Source of the DNA: Octopus sinensis
Lineage: Eukaryota
Assembly: GCF_006345805.1 (NCBI RefSeq)
Contig: NC_042998.1
Location: forward strand, 120,032,001 to 120,096,000
Direction: 5' to 3'
Length of the DNA stretch: 64,000 nucleotides
The notes below the pieces were generated by a model. That model was not told the DNA's origin and did not search any database. It saw only the letters and a list, made by a program, of their open reading frames with translations. Position numbers and translations under genes: made by a program. Positions 27,695 to 40,288 of this stretch are shown here, in pieces. The number at the start of each line of letters is the position of its first letter. Position 1 is the first letter of the stretch.

Positions 27695-27709
27695 ATAAAT
27701 ATATATATA

Positions 27710-27915
27710 TAGTTAATCCAAACACGAACAAAGAGAAAACACAACAACACGAGGACGTGGAACAAGTACAGTGTTATTGGACGCTCAGGAAAGGAAAGAA
27801 AGAAGGAGGATTTAACATTTCGAGCAGAGCACTTCATCAGAAACATAGAAAAAGGAAAGGTCCAAGAAAGGGAAGATGGAGAAAGAAAATTGCCAACGAT
27901 ACACATGTGGTCACC
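27710..27915 (-). mobile_element. Penelope-like terminal-repeat fragment carrying a minimal hammerhead
   Basis: Same family as 43175-43385; abuts (TA)n. Confidence 0.65.
27809..27845 (-). ncRNA. Minimal type I hammerhead motif (slightly mutated)
   Basis: TTT-CTGATGA-a-GTGC-tct-GCTC-GAAA-tgtt-AAA. Confidence 0.55.
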
Positions 27916-28051
27916 ATAAAGACCCATGTAATTTACACACTTTTTCCATAAAAATAAAAATAAACTATAGTAGGGGCGTAAATTACATGGATAGATTGTT
28001 TGCAGAATTTTTTTTTTGAAAAAGACACACAAAATGTAAACATTCATACTG

Positions 28052-28194
28052 GAAGTTGACTTATTTAATATCAGAATGAGTTTTAAAAGAAAAAATAATG
28101 GCTTAAATACACATAATGAAGTTGACTTAATTAATATCAGAATGAGTTTTGAAAGAAAAAATAATGGCTTAAATACACATAATGAAGTTGACTT
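28052..28194. repeat. 66-bp tandem duplication (about 2.2 copies)
   Basis: GAAGTTGACTT starts at 28052, 28118 and 28184. Confidence 0.9.
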
Positions 28195-28419
28195 TATCTA
28201 TGCTGGATGGTATCATGCTTACTTTTTCTGTATAAATTTACTAAAACCATTAAATGGTTAACTACTTTTTGAACTCTGATATTCATGCTGGTAAACATGG
28301 TCCAGGCCATATTTTGCATTGCTTGGAATTTCTACGTATTGCAATGGAGCACCATTGAAATACATGGTAATATGGATATTACTGACTGAGAAAAATGTAA
28401 TGATATGGATAATCTTCAC

Positions 28420-28610
28420 TGTATGTTTTTATTTTTGTCTGTTTATTACTAGACACAGTTTTAAGTTTGTCGTACTGTTTATGCCAATTCTGAACATTGT
28501 CTACATTAACATTAAAATGCATTCCGGCAGCTCTATTGCCATGTTCAAATGCATATTCAACATATTTAATTTCTCCTTTACAGTAAACGATTCATAAGTT
28601 CTTCCCATAC
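28420..28610 (-). pseudogene. pogo-like transposase N-terminus (Brinker-type DNA-binding domain), frameshifted
   Basis: MGRTYESFTVKEKL/fs/VEYAFEHGNRAAGMHFNVNVDNVQNWHKQYDKL. Confidence 0.65.
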
Positions 28611-29649
28611 TGACAATAACGGTAATGACAAATTTTAAAGTTTGCTCAACATTTTGTAAGTGTGAAAGGGATTAAAATTTTGATATTCTGTATTAAAGGT
28701 TCTGACAAGAATAGGCAGAAAAGAATTCTGTTCACATAATCAGTTTGATCAGTCACCTTCCTTTGTCAGTAGAGTAAAGTGTCATCCAAGCTGATGTATA
28801 TTGGTAATTAAACTTAATTTGCAACACCTGTGCATATTTATCAGCTTTGTTTTTGTTGGTAATTCTTAACAACTTTTCTTGTGATCATGATTTGAGAAGA
28901 CATACAGCAGTATGCTAAAGATCAGACATAATCTCTTGTGGCCAACAAAGTTTATTATAAACAACACAAATACTTTGTAATTTAATAACTTTCAATGTTA
29001 TACCTGTTAAACAGAAATTACTTTTATTTAATGAAAATTTTTAAAAATCTAAGTGTATATATGTATATATATTAATATTTAGAAGACACAACAGAGTGAC
29101 TCAAGGGCTGAAAGTTTTGTGCATTGGCACTTATCAAGCTAGTATATATTAATAAAAATATATATATACTCATATTTGCATTCTATTTTTCCTTTTGCAT
29201 CACAATACCTGTATATGTATATATCATCATCATCATCATCATCATCATTGCTTAACGTCTGCCTTCCATGGGTGGGAGGGTTTCATAATAGCCGGCTAGA
29301 TTGAAGCCTGCGCCAGACTTCTGTGACTGTTTTGACAGGATATTACAGCTGGATGCCCTTTCTAACACTAACCACTAAGCAAGATATATACATATCTTGG
29401 AAAGACTATATATATATATATAATATATATATATATATATCAATAATAAAGTGATTGTTTCTTATCAGGAACAAAATGTTTAATAGGACTGATGTAGAAG
29501 TGCTCAATTAAATGAGACAAATATATTAAACTATGGTTGCAGAACAAACAAATATAAGGTCATCCACATAACATTTCATATATCGAACATTTAATCACAT
29601 AATGCTTTTCTTTCACATAGAATATACATGCATAAAATATATATATAGT

Positions 29650-31121
29650 GAGAAACCACAAATCCCTTCAGGTAGATGGCCCTGCTCGATCTGTAGTTGA
29701 GGCATAGGTAGAAACTCTATAAGATGTACCCAGTGTAAGCTATGGACACATAAGAGGTGCAGTAATACCAAAGGAAGACTAACTGGGAAGATAGTTTTTG
29801 TATGTGGCAGATGCTCGGGAGCAATAAACTCTGAAAATACACAGAGACCAACTTCCGCCACATTCCAGGAAGGAAAACTAGAAGTAGTTGATAGCTTCTG
29901 TTACCTAGGTGACCAAGTCAGTAGCGGGGCAGGGTGCACTGAAAGTGTAGCTGCTAGAATAAGAATAGCTTGGGCAAAGTTCAGAGAGCTCTTACCTCTG
30001 CTGGTGACAAAAGGCCTCTCGCTCAGAGTAAAATGTAGACTGTATGATGCATGTGTACAAACAGCCAGCTACATGGCAGTGAAACATGGGCTGTGACTGC
30101 TGAAGACATGCATAAGCTCGCAAGGAATGAAGCCAGTATGATCCAATGGATGTGTAATGTCAGTGTGCATACACGACAGAGTGTAAGTACCTTGGACCTA
30201 AGAAGCATCAGATGTGGTGTGCAAGAGGAACATGGTCATGTGGTGAGAATGGATGAGGATAGCTGTGTGAAAAAGTGACACACCCTAGCAGCTGAGGGAA
30301 CCTTGTGGAAGAGGTAGACCTAGGAAGACCTGGGATGAAGTGGTGAAGCACGACCTTCAAACTTTAGGCCTCACCAAGGAAATGACTAGTGACCAAGACT
30401 TTTGGAAATATGCTGTGCGTGAGAAGACCCAGCAAGCCAAATGAGACCATAATCTCGTGGCCTATGCCAGGAGCATAACCAGCCCACTTATGCATACCTT
30501 TTCCTTCTTTGGACACTAAAACTCTGTTTGTGAAGACATGTTGAGGCAAGTGAAATCAAAATCAAAATCAAATTTAATGACTGGCATCCGTGCTAGCGGG
30601 GTGCAAAGAGCACCATACGAGTGTGATCGTTGACAGAGCGGCTAACTGGCTCCCATGCCAGTGGCACATAAAGGCACCATTCGACTGTGATCGTTACCAG
30701 AGTTGCCTTACTGGCACTCGAACCCTGTGCTAGTAGGGTGTTAAGAGTACCATCCGAGCATGATCGTTGCCAGAGCAGCTATCTGGCCTCCGTGCCGGTG
30801 GCACATAAAAGACATCATTCGAGCGTGATCGTTACCAGCATCACCTTACTGGCACCTGTGCCGGTGGCATGTGTAAAAGATTTGAGTGAGGTCGTTGCCA
30901 GTACCGCCTGACTGGCCCCATGCCGGTGGCACGTAAAAGCATCCACTACGCTCTCGGAGTGGTTGGCATTAGGAAAGACATCCAGCTGTAGAAACTCTGC
31001 CAGATCAAGATTGAAGACTGGTGCAACCATCTGGTTTGCCAGCCCTCAGTCAAATCGTCCAACCCATGCTAGCATGGAAAGCAGATGTTAAACGATGATG
31101 ATGATAATGATGATGATGATA
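29650..31121 (+). mobile_element. 5'-truncated RTE LINE: PHD finger, RT thumb, C-terminus, repetitive 3'UTR and (GAT)n tail
   Basis: LEVVDSFCYLGD...RIRIAWAKFRELLP...LHGSETWAV...GRGRPRKTWDEVV; ORF ends near 30444; few disablements. Confidence 0.9.
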
Positions 31122-31127
31122 TACATA

Positions 31128-31160
<33 letters not shown>

Positions 31161-31739
31161 ACACACAAGCAAAGTAGTGAGTTCTAAAATCTCAAAATGA
31201 GATATATGTAGTAAGAATATGAGACAGTAATATTTTTTTGTGACTATAACATAGCTGTTCTATACAGAATTATGTTACTACATTTTAACCCCAGGAAAAG
31301 ATCTTTTCCAGCTGGTTAACAACACACAACCTATGTTTGATATATTGTAAGTAAGGGCGTGAACCACTCCCCTCCTGCTTGGCAAGACCAGTAGACCATT
31401 GTTTCTGGATCTCCACCCATCATCAGTACTGGATACCTGCCTGCTAGAAATGGCAGCCATTCATCCTTACTCACAATATATAAACAGAGAATTGATGAAA
31501 TTTAAGGGTCAATTCGACATAGAAAGCAAAATCAATTGATACTGGAATATCTACCCTTCTGTTTGTAGTTTTACAAACTGGAAAAACTGTTCTTCTAAAT
31601 GTATTTACTACTTTTTTAGTGTGTGGTTATATGTAGTGAGAGATGCATGGTTTGGAGAATTTTGTTCTTCTTTCAAGCAAACAGGTACATTTTGTACCCT
31701 GACTTTTAATATATATGTGTGTGTGTGTGTGGTGTGTAT

Positions 31740-32081
31740 TTATATTTCATTTTTGGATTTGGTTTGCAAATTCTTTATGTGAGTTTGTGTGTTGAAGCAT
31801 ATTCTGTTGTGTCTAGGGAGAGTTATTCTCTTTTAGTGCCTTATAATTTAACACACTCAGCGGTAAAATTTCCACTTATTTCTTATTTTTATTTTCCTAA
31901 AACTTTCGTTGCTTCTTGCAACCTTTTCGATAGTTTTTGACTCTGTCTGTACAACAACTATTGAAAAGGTTGCAAGAAGCAACAGAAATTTTAGAAAAAT
32001 AAGTAAGTAAATGAGTGGAAATGTTACTGGTGAGTGTATTAAATTGTAAGGCACTAAAAGAAAATGACTCTCCTCAGACAT
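31740..32081. mobile_element. Fold-back PLE-terminal element
   Basis: Arms about 31809-31935 and 31956-32081; left arm extends about 70 bp further, and that extension recurs near 43135-43165; hammerhead-like motif in each arm. Confidence 0.65.
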
Positions 32082-32124
32082 AACTGTGTATTTGTATGCG
32101 TGTGTGTGTGTGTGTGTGTGTGTG

Positions 32125-32159
<35 letters not shown>

Positions 32160-32737
32160 CGAACTTGTTGAATGTCTATGAAATGAAACACTGATGCTGA
32201 CCATGCCACCACCAACTTTGATCTCTAATACAAAACAAGTGTGATACAGAAATGAAAGCATCTTAGTAGCTGATGCACAGTCTATTTAATGATAAACATT
32301 TTACATGTGATTTAGTTTAATTGACTTAACTACTAATTTATACTATATTTTAAAAACATAAAACATCAAGATTAGTCAAACTGATTTAATTACTATTTTA
32401 TAGTATATTTTACAAACATTTTTTACATATTATGACTATTAAGATTAATTATATCAACTTAATTATCATTTTATACTATATTTTATAATCAATGGTTTAT
32501 TATAATTGCTTATATCTGATGACCACTAAGATGAATTAAAACGACATAATTCCCATTTAATAGTACAAGCATTGTTTCCATGTACAGTTGGTAAAATGTA
32601 GCTTTAATATTTTGTACATGTGGTCATGATTGCCATGGTCAGCTTTTCCTTGTGTCAATACTTGATGTATCTGTATATACACACACACACACACACACAT
32701 GCACATATATATACATATATGTATAAATAATATATAC

Positions 32738-33125
32738 AGATTGAAAGAGCTACGACTCTATTCCCTGGAACGAAGGCGGGAGAGGTATGCAGTGATATAT
32801 ATATATGGAAGATACTGGAAGGACTGGTACCAAACTTTGGAATAAAGAGCTATACCAGACCATGAACAGGACGTCACTGTGCTGTCGCCATTGTGCTGAT
32901 TGCTTCATCTCGGGCAAGGATGATGTAATGCAGTAGCTTGGGTTTCAGGGGCCCACAGCTGTTTAATTGTCTGCCAAAGCATCTGAGGAGCCTTCATGGA
33001 GTGGATGTAGACGTTTTCAAATGTGAACTTGACCTCTGGCTCACAGAGATCTCAGATGAGCCAATATCTAGGCGAGAAACTCAAAAGAGGACAGTAACAT
33101 CGAACTCCATCCTTCACCAAAAGCC
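32738..33125 (+). mobile_element. CR1/L2-group LINE 3' fragment
   Basis: LKELRLYSLERRRERY..WKILEGLVPNF...GPQLFNCLPKHLR...VFKCELDLWL. Confidence 0.8.
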
Positions 33126-33130
33126 GCTCT

Positions 33131-34010
33131 AAGGTGGAAAGTCAGTCAGGCACATCACCAGGGACATGGGAGTGTCTGAGTTTCTTATCAGGCAGGTAGT
33201 GCATGCAGGCATTCAGTATTCCTCATACAAGATGAGAACGGGCTAATTTGTATCCCAAGCCACCAAGGACAAGAGGAAAGACTACACTATGAAGCATTTG
33301 AACAAACCCAAGCATCCCCTCCAACCAGACATGCTTTGGGTTTTCTCAGATGAGAAAAATTTCTGCCAAGATCAGAAGGTGAACACACAGAACAACTGTT
33401 GGCTTGTCATGTCCCCAAAACATGTACTGAAAGGAATAAAAATCAAACATCCAGTTAACATCATGATGTTAGGAGTGATCACTAGTGATGGCAGCATTAT
33501 TCCTGAATTCATCTTTCCACATGGCCTCAGACTCAACATGAAGCCCTACATCAAGTGCATGGAGAAGATAATGCTGCCCTGGGTCAAGAGGGTGGCTGCT
33601 GGAAGACCCTATGTCTGGTAACAGGACTCTGCACCATGCCACACATGCAGGAGAACCCAGTCGTGGCTATCAGACAATTTCTGCAACCACATCACCTAAT
33701 TACCCAAACTGCAACTTCCTTGCTTTTTATGTGTGGGTACAGAACTCCTTGTAACATCAAAGATGAACTGAAGGCAAGGATTATGACAGCATTCACCAAC
33801 TTAAACAAGGAGACCATCCAGGAGAGTTGCAGAATATTCCGAAGTCATCTGGAGGCCATGGTTGAAGTCAATGGTGATTTTATAGAATAAATTTACTCTT
33901 TAGTATTTCAAATATTTTAAAGTAATTTTTGTAAATATATCTGTTAAAATGAGATGTCAGTGTTATTTAATTTTTGTGTAATGTAGACAACTATTTATTC
34001 CTACACTCTG
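33131..34010 (+). mobile_element. 5'-truncated Tc1/mariner-superfamily element (DD37D/maT-like), decayed
   Basis: VFSDEKNF...KHPVNIMMLGVITSDG...YVW*QDSAPCH; ends ...CTACACTCTG|TA. Confidence 0.8.
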
Positions 34011-34170
<160 letters not shown>

Positions 34171-34446
34171 TCATTAAAATGATATATATATATATCATTT
34201 TAATGGCCACTTTTTCATGCTTGATTGGATCAGACAAAATTTGTTGAGGGAAATTTTCTATAGCCAGATGCCCATCCTGTCAACAACCCTAACCTGTTTC
34301 CAAGTAAGGTAATATTTCCACATACCCAGACATGCTGTTGCAGTATACTGGAAATGAATGACACTGCTTGCATTACTGGGACACTTGGTCACAGCTATCA
34401 CACAATGTCAAGGCAAAGAGACTGTAAAGCATACGCACACACGCAC

Positions 34447-34510
<64 letters not shown>

Positions 34511-34579
34511 GCATACACACACATACCCTCCCCACACACAGCTGTCTGTTGTCTGTTTGTCTATCTATCTATCTATCTG

Positions 34580-34612
<33 letters not shown>

Positions 34613-34639
34613 TACATATGAAGAGTTTTCATTAGGGTA

Positions 34640-35950
34640 ACTCAGACTAATAGGTGTGTGCTCTGAGTGCTTGATTTAGTATGTCACTAAAACTCTGGTT
34701 TGAACTGTGACTTTGAAACTGCCCTTTCTAAAACAGCTAGAAGTGACTTTTCCTTGAGTTGGTAGGTATAAATTAAAGCAGAAAAGAAAAGCAAACAGTT
34801 TGGCAAGGATTTACAAGAACATTTAATTTAACTATATAATAAAAGGTTTAGTCTCTGACAGCTGTTTCTAGAATATCTCAGCTATTGGAACATCATGTCA
34901 TGTGTAGATTTCATAGGCTGAGTATGCTGTCATCAGAGAGAGAGATAGGTTAAACATATGTAATAGTAGAAGAAAGCTTCTCATCAATGATGGTTGTTGA
35001 GGAAGCAGCATCAGTTCTTGTCTTTATTCTTAGGCCTATGAGCTCAGCCAGGATGTTGGCAGGGAGCTGTCATCACTATGTCTGCAAGCTACAATATAGC
35101 ATATTCAGTGACATCAGTTCATTGCATTTGATATCATACACAGTAGGATGGGGGTGTTGTTATGGTTTAATCACTTGGTGGCTGCTTGGTTAAACACATT
35201 AGCAGCAGCAGTTTTTATGCTTGTGTGTAGGGCAACCAAGCCTAGGGTGATATATTTGGAATGTCAGCTGCCAGCAGCTTTAAGTTCCTTAAGGTGTATC
35301 TCTGGTGGCAGCAATAAGATAGTTCATTCTTCCTACTGAAGGATACTGCAGGCTAATGTAGTATTTTGTGGAGACAGAGTTGACAATTGTGACTTTCAGG
35401 TGAGTAAGGGGTAGGGTCTCTGTCAATGCTACTCTATTCAATTTTGGGCAAGTTGTTCTGATGGTCATAAAGTCTCCAGATGAAGCAGGATAGGGAGGTG
35501 GATTTTTCTCTATCTCTGCATCTGAAAGAGCTTATATGCTGTGCATAACTTCCCTCAAAGTCATTGGTTGTCATGCCTGTATAGTATCTTGTGATACCAT
35601 TGGATGGTGTGAGGGTAGCTCTATAGACTACAGCTTTTGAAAGGCAAGATCCTCTTGGTGGGCAGTTGGCAGGATTTCGGCTGTTACAGGTTGGGGTATG
35701 GATTGGAGGTTGTGTAGGTATATACTTGCATCAATTGTAGCATGCAGTGTTTGAAGCAATGTTGGCTAAGCAGCAATAACTGACCTTAAGACTTTGGGGA
35801 TTGTAAAGTTTATAATATTTGTGGGTTATAGGGAAACGAATCTTAATTAGTATCATGAAGCTCTTAGCTATGTTAGTTAAAACTTCTAGATTAAATGGAG
35901 AATTGGACCAGATTATCTTTCTTTTTCTGAGTATCTTCACGTTCAAGATT
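34640..35950 (-). mobile_element. Penelope-like element 3' part: linker, GIY-YIG endonuclease and terminal repeat
   Basis: RKRKIIWSNSPFN...LKVSYCCLANIAS; CNSRNPANCPPRGSCL..AVVYRATL...YYTGMTTNDFEGSYAQHISSFR; hammerhead downstream. Confidence 0.85.
34852..34941 (-). ncRNA. Type I hammerhead ribozyme with long stem II
   Basis: TCTCT-CTGATGA-c-AGCATACTCAGC...GCTGAGATATTCT-a-GAAA-CAGCT-GTC-AGAGA: intact core, 5-bp stem I, GUC site. Confidence 0.75.
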
Positions 35951-36299
35951 GGGGATGGGACTTCCTTCTCCAGTCCACAGGAACTCCAACCATCTCCCCA
36001 GGTGTAATTAGAAATTTGGTCACAAGCATAAGTACAGGCATCTCTAAACTATCAGCAGTCTGAAATAGCTTTAACAGGCTGCACTCTGTCCCATCATTAT
36101 AACAAGGCATTAGCAAGACTGAGAATGAGATGGTTGGATGATATCCACAGTCTCAGTTGGGTCACATTTGGGAATCCAGCAAGAAAATGTAATGAGGTTA
36201 CTTTTGATAGGAGCCTACGGAGGAGGTGTCTGAGGATTTTACTCCAACAACTCCACCAGGAATAGTGGGTGGAGAAAATGGATGGATAGATGGATATTC

Positions 36300-36696
36300 T
36301 CTTTCTCTTTTTCTCTTTTTACTTGTTTCAGTCATTTTGACTGTGGCCATGCTGGAGCACCGCCTTTAATCGAGTAACTCGACCCCGGGACTTTGTAAGC
36401 CCAGTACTTATTCTATCGGTCTCTTTTGCCGAACCGCTAAGTGACGGGGACGTAAACACACCAGCATTGGTTGTCAAGCAATGCTAGGGGGACAAACACA
36501 GACACACAAACATACATATATATACATATATACGATGGGCTTCTTTCAGTTTCCGTCTACCAAATCCACTCACAAGGCTTTGGTCGACCCGAGGCTATAG
36601 TAGAAGACACTTGCCCAAGGTGCCACACAGTGGGACTGAACCCGGAACCATGTGGTTGGTAAACAAGCTACTTACCACACAGCCACTCCTGCGCCT
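36300..36696 (-). mobile_element. Type A SINE, full length
   Basis: Near-identical to 27300-27694. Confidence 0.85.
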
Positions 36697-37492
36697 ATGT
36701 ATATATATATATACACATGCATGCACATGCAGGCACACACACACACACACAAACAAACAAACATGTATGTGTGAGGGGTAGGTAGGCTTAGTCTTCTCCA
36801 CTTTCTTTCCAGTGAGTCTTCTACCATAGTGAGTGATAAACTAAAGAAATACTTGAGTACTTTCTAACAAACTTCCTCTCTCTCATACTTCCTCTCTCTC
36901 TCTCTCTCTTTCTCTGTATATATATATATATACACATATATATATGTGTGTGTGTGTGTGTGTATGTATGCATCTGCATATAAGTACACATGCATACAAA
37001 CACATGCATGTACACACATACACCACATGCACCCATATACACATATATATACACATAAGCAATTATCTCATGGAAGAGTTATTTTAGCCATTCTAGAGTA
37101 CACAAAATTCACTTTTCATTTATTTCTTAATAGTGTAGCCCATTTAGAAATAAATGAAAAATGAATATTATATTTTTGGCTATATATTCTTAAATGGCTT
37201 CTCTAATGTAATTGTTTCAGTTTCAACACACGCTCTCCCATCAAATGATCAAATGACTTGCCAAATAATTATAACTCCAATATACATACATATGTATATA
37301 TATTATGCATATTTACATGTATTTGTGTGTATATATATATTTCAATATTTTGTTCGGGCATTGCAATACTAATAACCTAGTGTTGGAATACAATATATAT
37401 ATATGCTCCTGAAGGAAACATCAGTTGATTACAGTGCTGTAATAAGAAATTCAGATGACAAAGGAATAAATAATTACCATATGAATTCCATT

Positions 37493-37572
37493 AGCTTACA
37501 GCTGTTTCTACTGTTAGATGCAATGGACTCATAGCTGAGTGGCAGAGTATCACCTTATAGGTTCATCAGAGC
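37493..37572 (-). ncRNA. Hammerhead-like motif (stem II decayed)
   Basis: GCT-CTGATGA...GAAA-CAGCT-GTA-AGC. Confidence 0.45.
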
Positions 37573-37996
37573 CTCAAACATGGAGTGTAATTTTTGGGGG
37601 AAACATTTATATTTATGTATATGCATAGTAAAGTATTAACAATGAAAATACGTAAATGTGAGAAATGAAATTCAGAAAATTGAGAGGGAAGCTCCTCCTA
37701 TAATTAGAATAAGGTTAATTCTAAAGTGCATATAAGGATAGGTATATGAGGAATTTCTATAAGATATAGCAAGACAGTTATAAGAACTATCAGTGAAGAT
37801 ATATATATCCTTCTCAGTCTCCTGAATCTCAATCTCTGAGGTCAACTTTAACCTTTCATCCTTTCGGGGTCGATTAATTAATTACCAGTTACGTACTGGG
37901 GTCAATCTCATCGGCTGCCCCCCTTCCCTAAAATTTCGGGCCTTGTGCCTAGATTAGAAAAGAATCTCCTGTACATATGTATGTGTGTGTGTACAT

Positions 37997-38037
<41 letters not shown>

Positions 38038-38042
<5 letters not shown>

Positions 38043-40240
38043 CAAAATAAGCAACAAGGATATCCAGAGGTAATGTAGTACGATCGTTTCACGCAACTCC
38101 ATTTAATTGAACAATGCAACCTTAGCTAATACCAGGTATCAGTCTTTATTGATACTAGCTATATAAGTATATATATAACTTTTAGTTTAGTATATCTTGA
38201 ATTATTATACATTTTTATATATCTTCTCTATTGTGCTTAATAAGCTACATATACTTTATCATGTTTTTAGATATTAAGCGTTTTTATTCCTTTTCTCTGG
38301 TGTTCTGCCCTACCTGATTATTTTATTTCTTTATTATTTTATAATAGCCTTTATTTATTTATTTATTTATAAAATAAATCTAATATTTGTACCTCTATAA
38401 ATTCATACTTAGCTTATATATAACAATACTGGTATATTCATTACTTAAAATAAACTGCTTAGATTATAATTAAATTAATTCATAGTTAGCATGTTCTTTT
38501 ACTTCAGTACTCCTTTATTAAATACCAGTATATACCAATTGATCAATAGTCACTGATACCATCTGATTAGTTAGTATTTAAGTTTATAATATGTATAAAT
38601 ATTAAACTATTTCTGGATAATTTTCTTTTCCTTCCTCTATTGTGGTAAAAGTTTGATATATACTCAAAAGTATTCTTAAAACATTTTATCCTTTTGTTAT
38701 AATTCTTCTTCTTAATAATCCTCTGAATAACCCTAAACTTTAACTTTATACAATATAGCAGTATTGCTTAAAATATTTAATTATAATACTACATGATAAG
38801 ATTTCCCCTGTTCCATTATCAATGGTCTGCTAGTGACCAGCCCCCTTAATTGTCAGCTAACATCTTGATTTTAGTTTTCCTTTACCAAATCCCATGATAT
38901 TGCTTCAAATAAATCTTTAGCTGTGTAGATTGGTGCATTATCATCCTGAAAGATTGTGTTTCCCTCTGGAAACAGTTCGGCAACCATAGGATGAATTTGA
39001 TCAGATAAAATGCTTAGTCTTGACTATTAATTCTGCCATAAAGGGAAACCATTGGGCAGCAGATTTCCAAAATATAGCCCTACAGATCATCACAGATCCT
39101 CCTTCATATTTACAGTTGGAAGAAGGCAATCTGGGTCAAATGCTTCTTTTGGCTGCCTCCACACATATACTCAGCTGGTGGTCGGAAATGAGGTAAAGGA
39201 CAATTCGTCCAAGAAAATAACATTCGTCCACTGTTCTAGGGACCAATTCTGTAGGTTTTTACTCCATTCTAAACGTTTTGCAATGTTGTTTTTGAAAATA
39301 GTGGCTTTCTGATTGCAGCATACCCATTGAAATCCAGCTTTGTGCAGCTCCCGTGAACAGTTTTTGTGGAAACAGGATTCTTGAGGTGGTCATTAAGCTC
39401 TGCAGTATTTTGGGAGCTGTACTTTTCTGATCCTTTCTAACAATTCGCGTAAGAGTCCAACGGTCCCTATCTGAAAGTTTTGGTTTTCTTCCAAAGTTTT
39501 GTTTCAACAAGGAGGTTTTTCCCTCTTTCTCAAAGGTTGTCATTACTTTCAAGACAGTACTTTTTGATACACCAAACATTTCAACTGTTTTCATTACACT
39601 AGCACCTGCCATATGAGCACCAACAATTTGACCTCTTTGAAAGTCTGATAGATCTATCATTTTAATGAATTTTAATTACCTTTTCCTGATGATATCTGAA
39701 AAGAAACAGCAATTTTAGCAAAACATATTAAGTAACACTAATAATAAATCAAAAAGCATAAAAGCAAACAAGCTTTTGACGGTTTTATAGATATTTCAAA
39801 ATTATGATGCTCATCATCATTATCATCATCATCATCATCATCATCATCATTTAACATCTGCTTTCCAAGCCGGCATGGGTTGGATGGTTTGACATGGAGC
39901 TGGCGTATCTGTCGAGGCATGGTTTTAATGGCTAGATGCCCTTCCTTATGCCAATTATATATATTAAGTAAAAGTTGACATTAACTTCCATATTTTTGCT
40001 TGCTTTTTATCATCAGACTGTTTAATGATGGCAAGCAAGATGAAACTTCGAAGTCACTTTTAATATTTTCCCTGAAAAAATTAATAAATATGTACTCTAC
40101 TAAAAAGTATTGAGTGATCCGTCAGCTTAATGTTAAATTATTTTTATAAATAACTTCACATAAAGACACACACACACAGAGGGTTAACTTGGAAGATGGA
40201 TTTTGAATGATTATGATGTACATACATAGACACATACATG

Positions 40241-40283
<43 letters not shown>
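38038..40283. repeat. About 2.25-kb tandem duplication, copy 1
   Basis: ATCAAAATAAGCAACAAGG at 38041 and 40287; junctions lie in (TA)n. Confidence 0.95.
38915..39790 (-). mobile_element. 3'-truncated Tc1-like transposon (copy 1)
   Basis: MIDLSDFQRGQIVG...GRKPKLSDRD...VIFLDE...IFQDDNAP; frameshifted. Confidence 0.85.

Positions 40284-40288
<5 letters not shown>

Noticed and set aside
28052-28194. CRISPR-like repeat
   Set aside because: Whole 66-bp units are duplicated with no unique spacers; eukaryotic context, no cas genes
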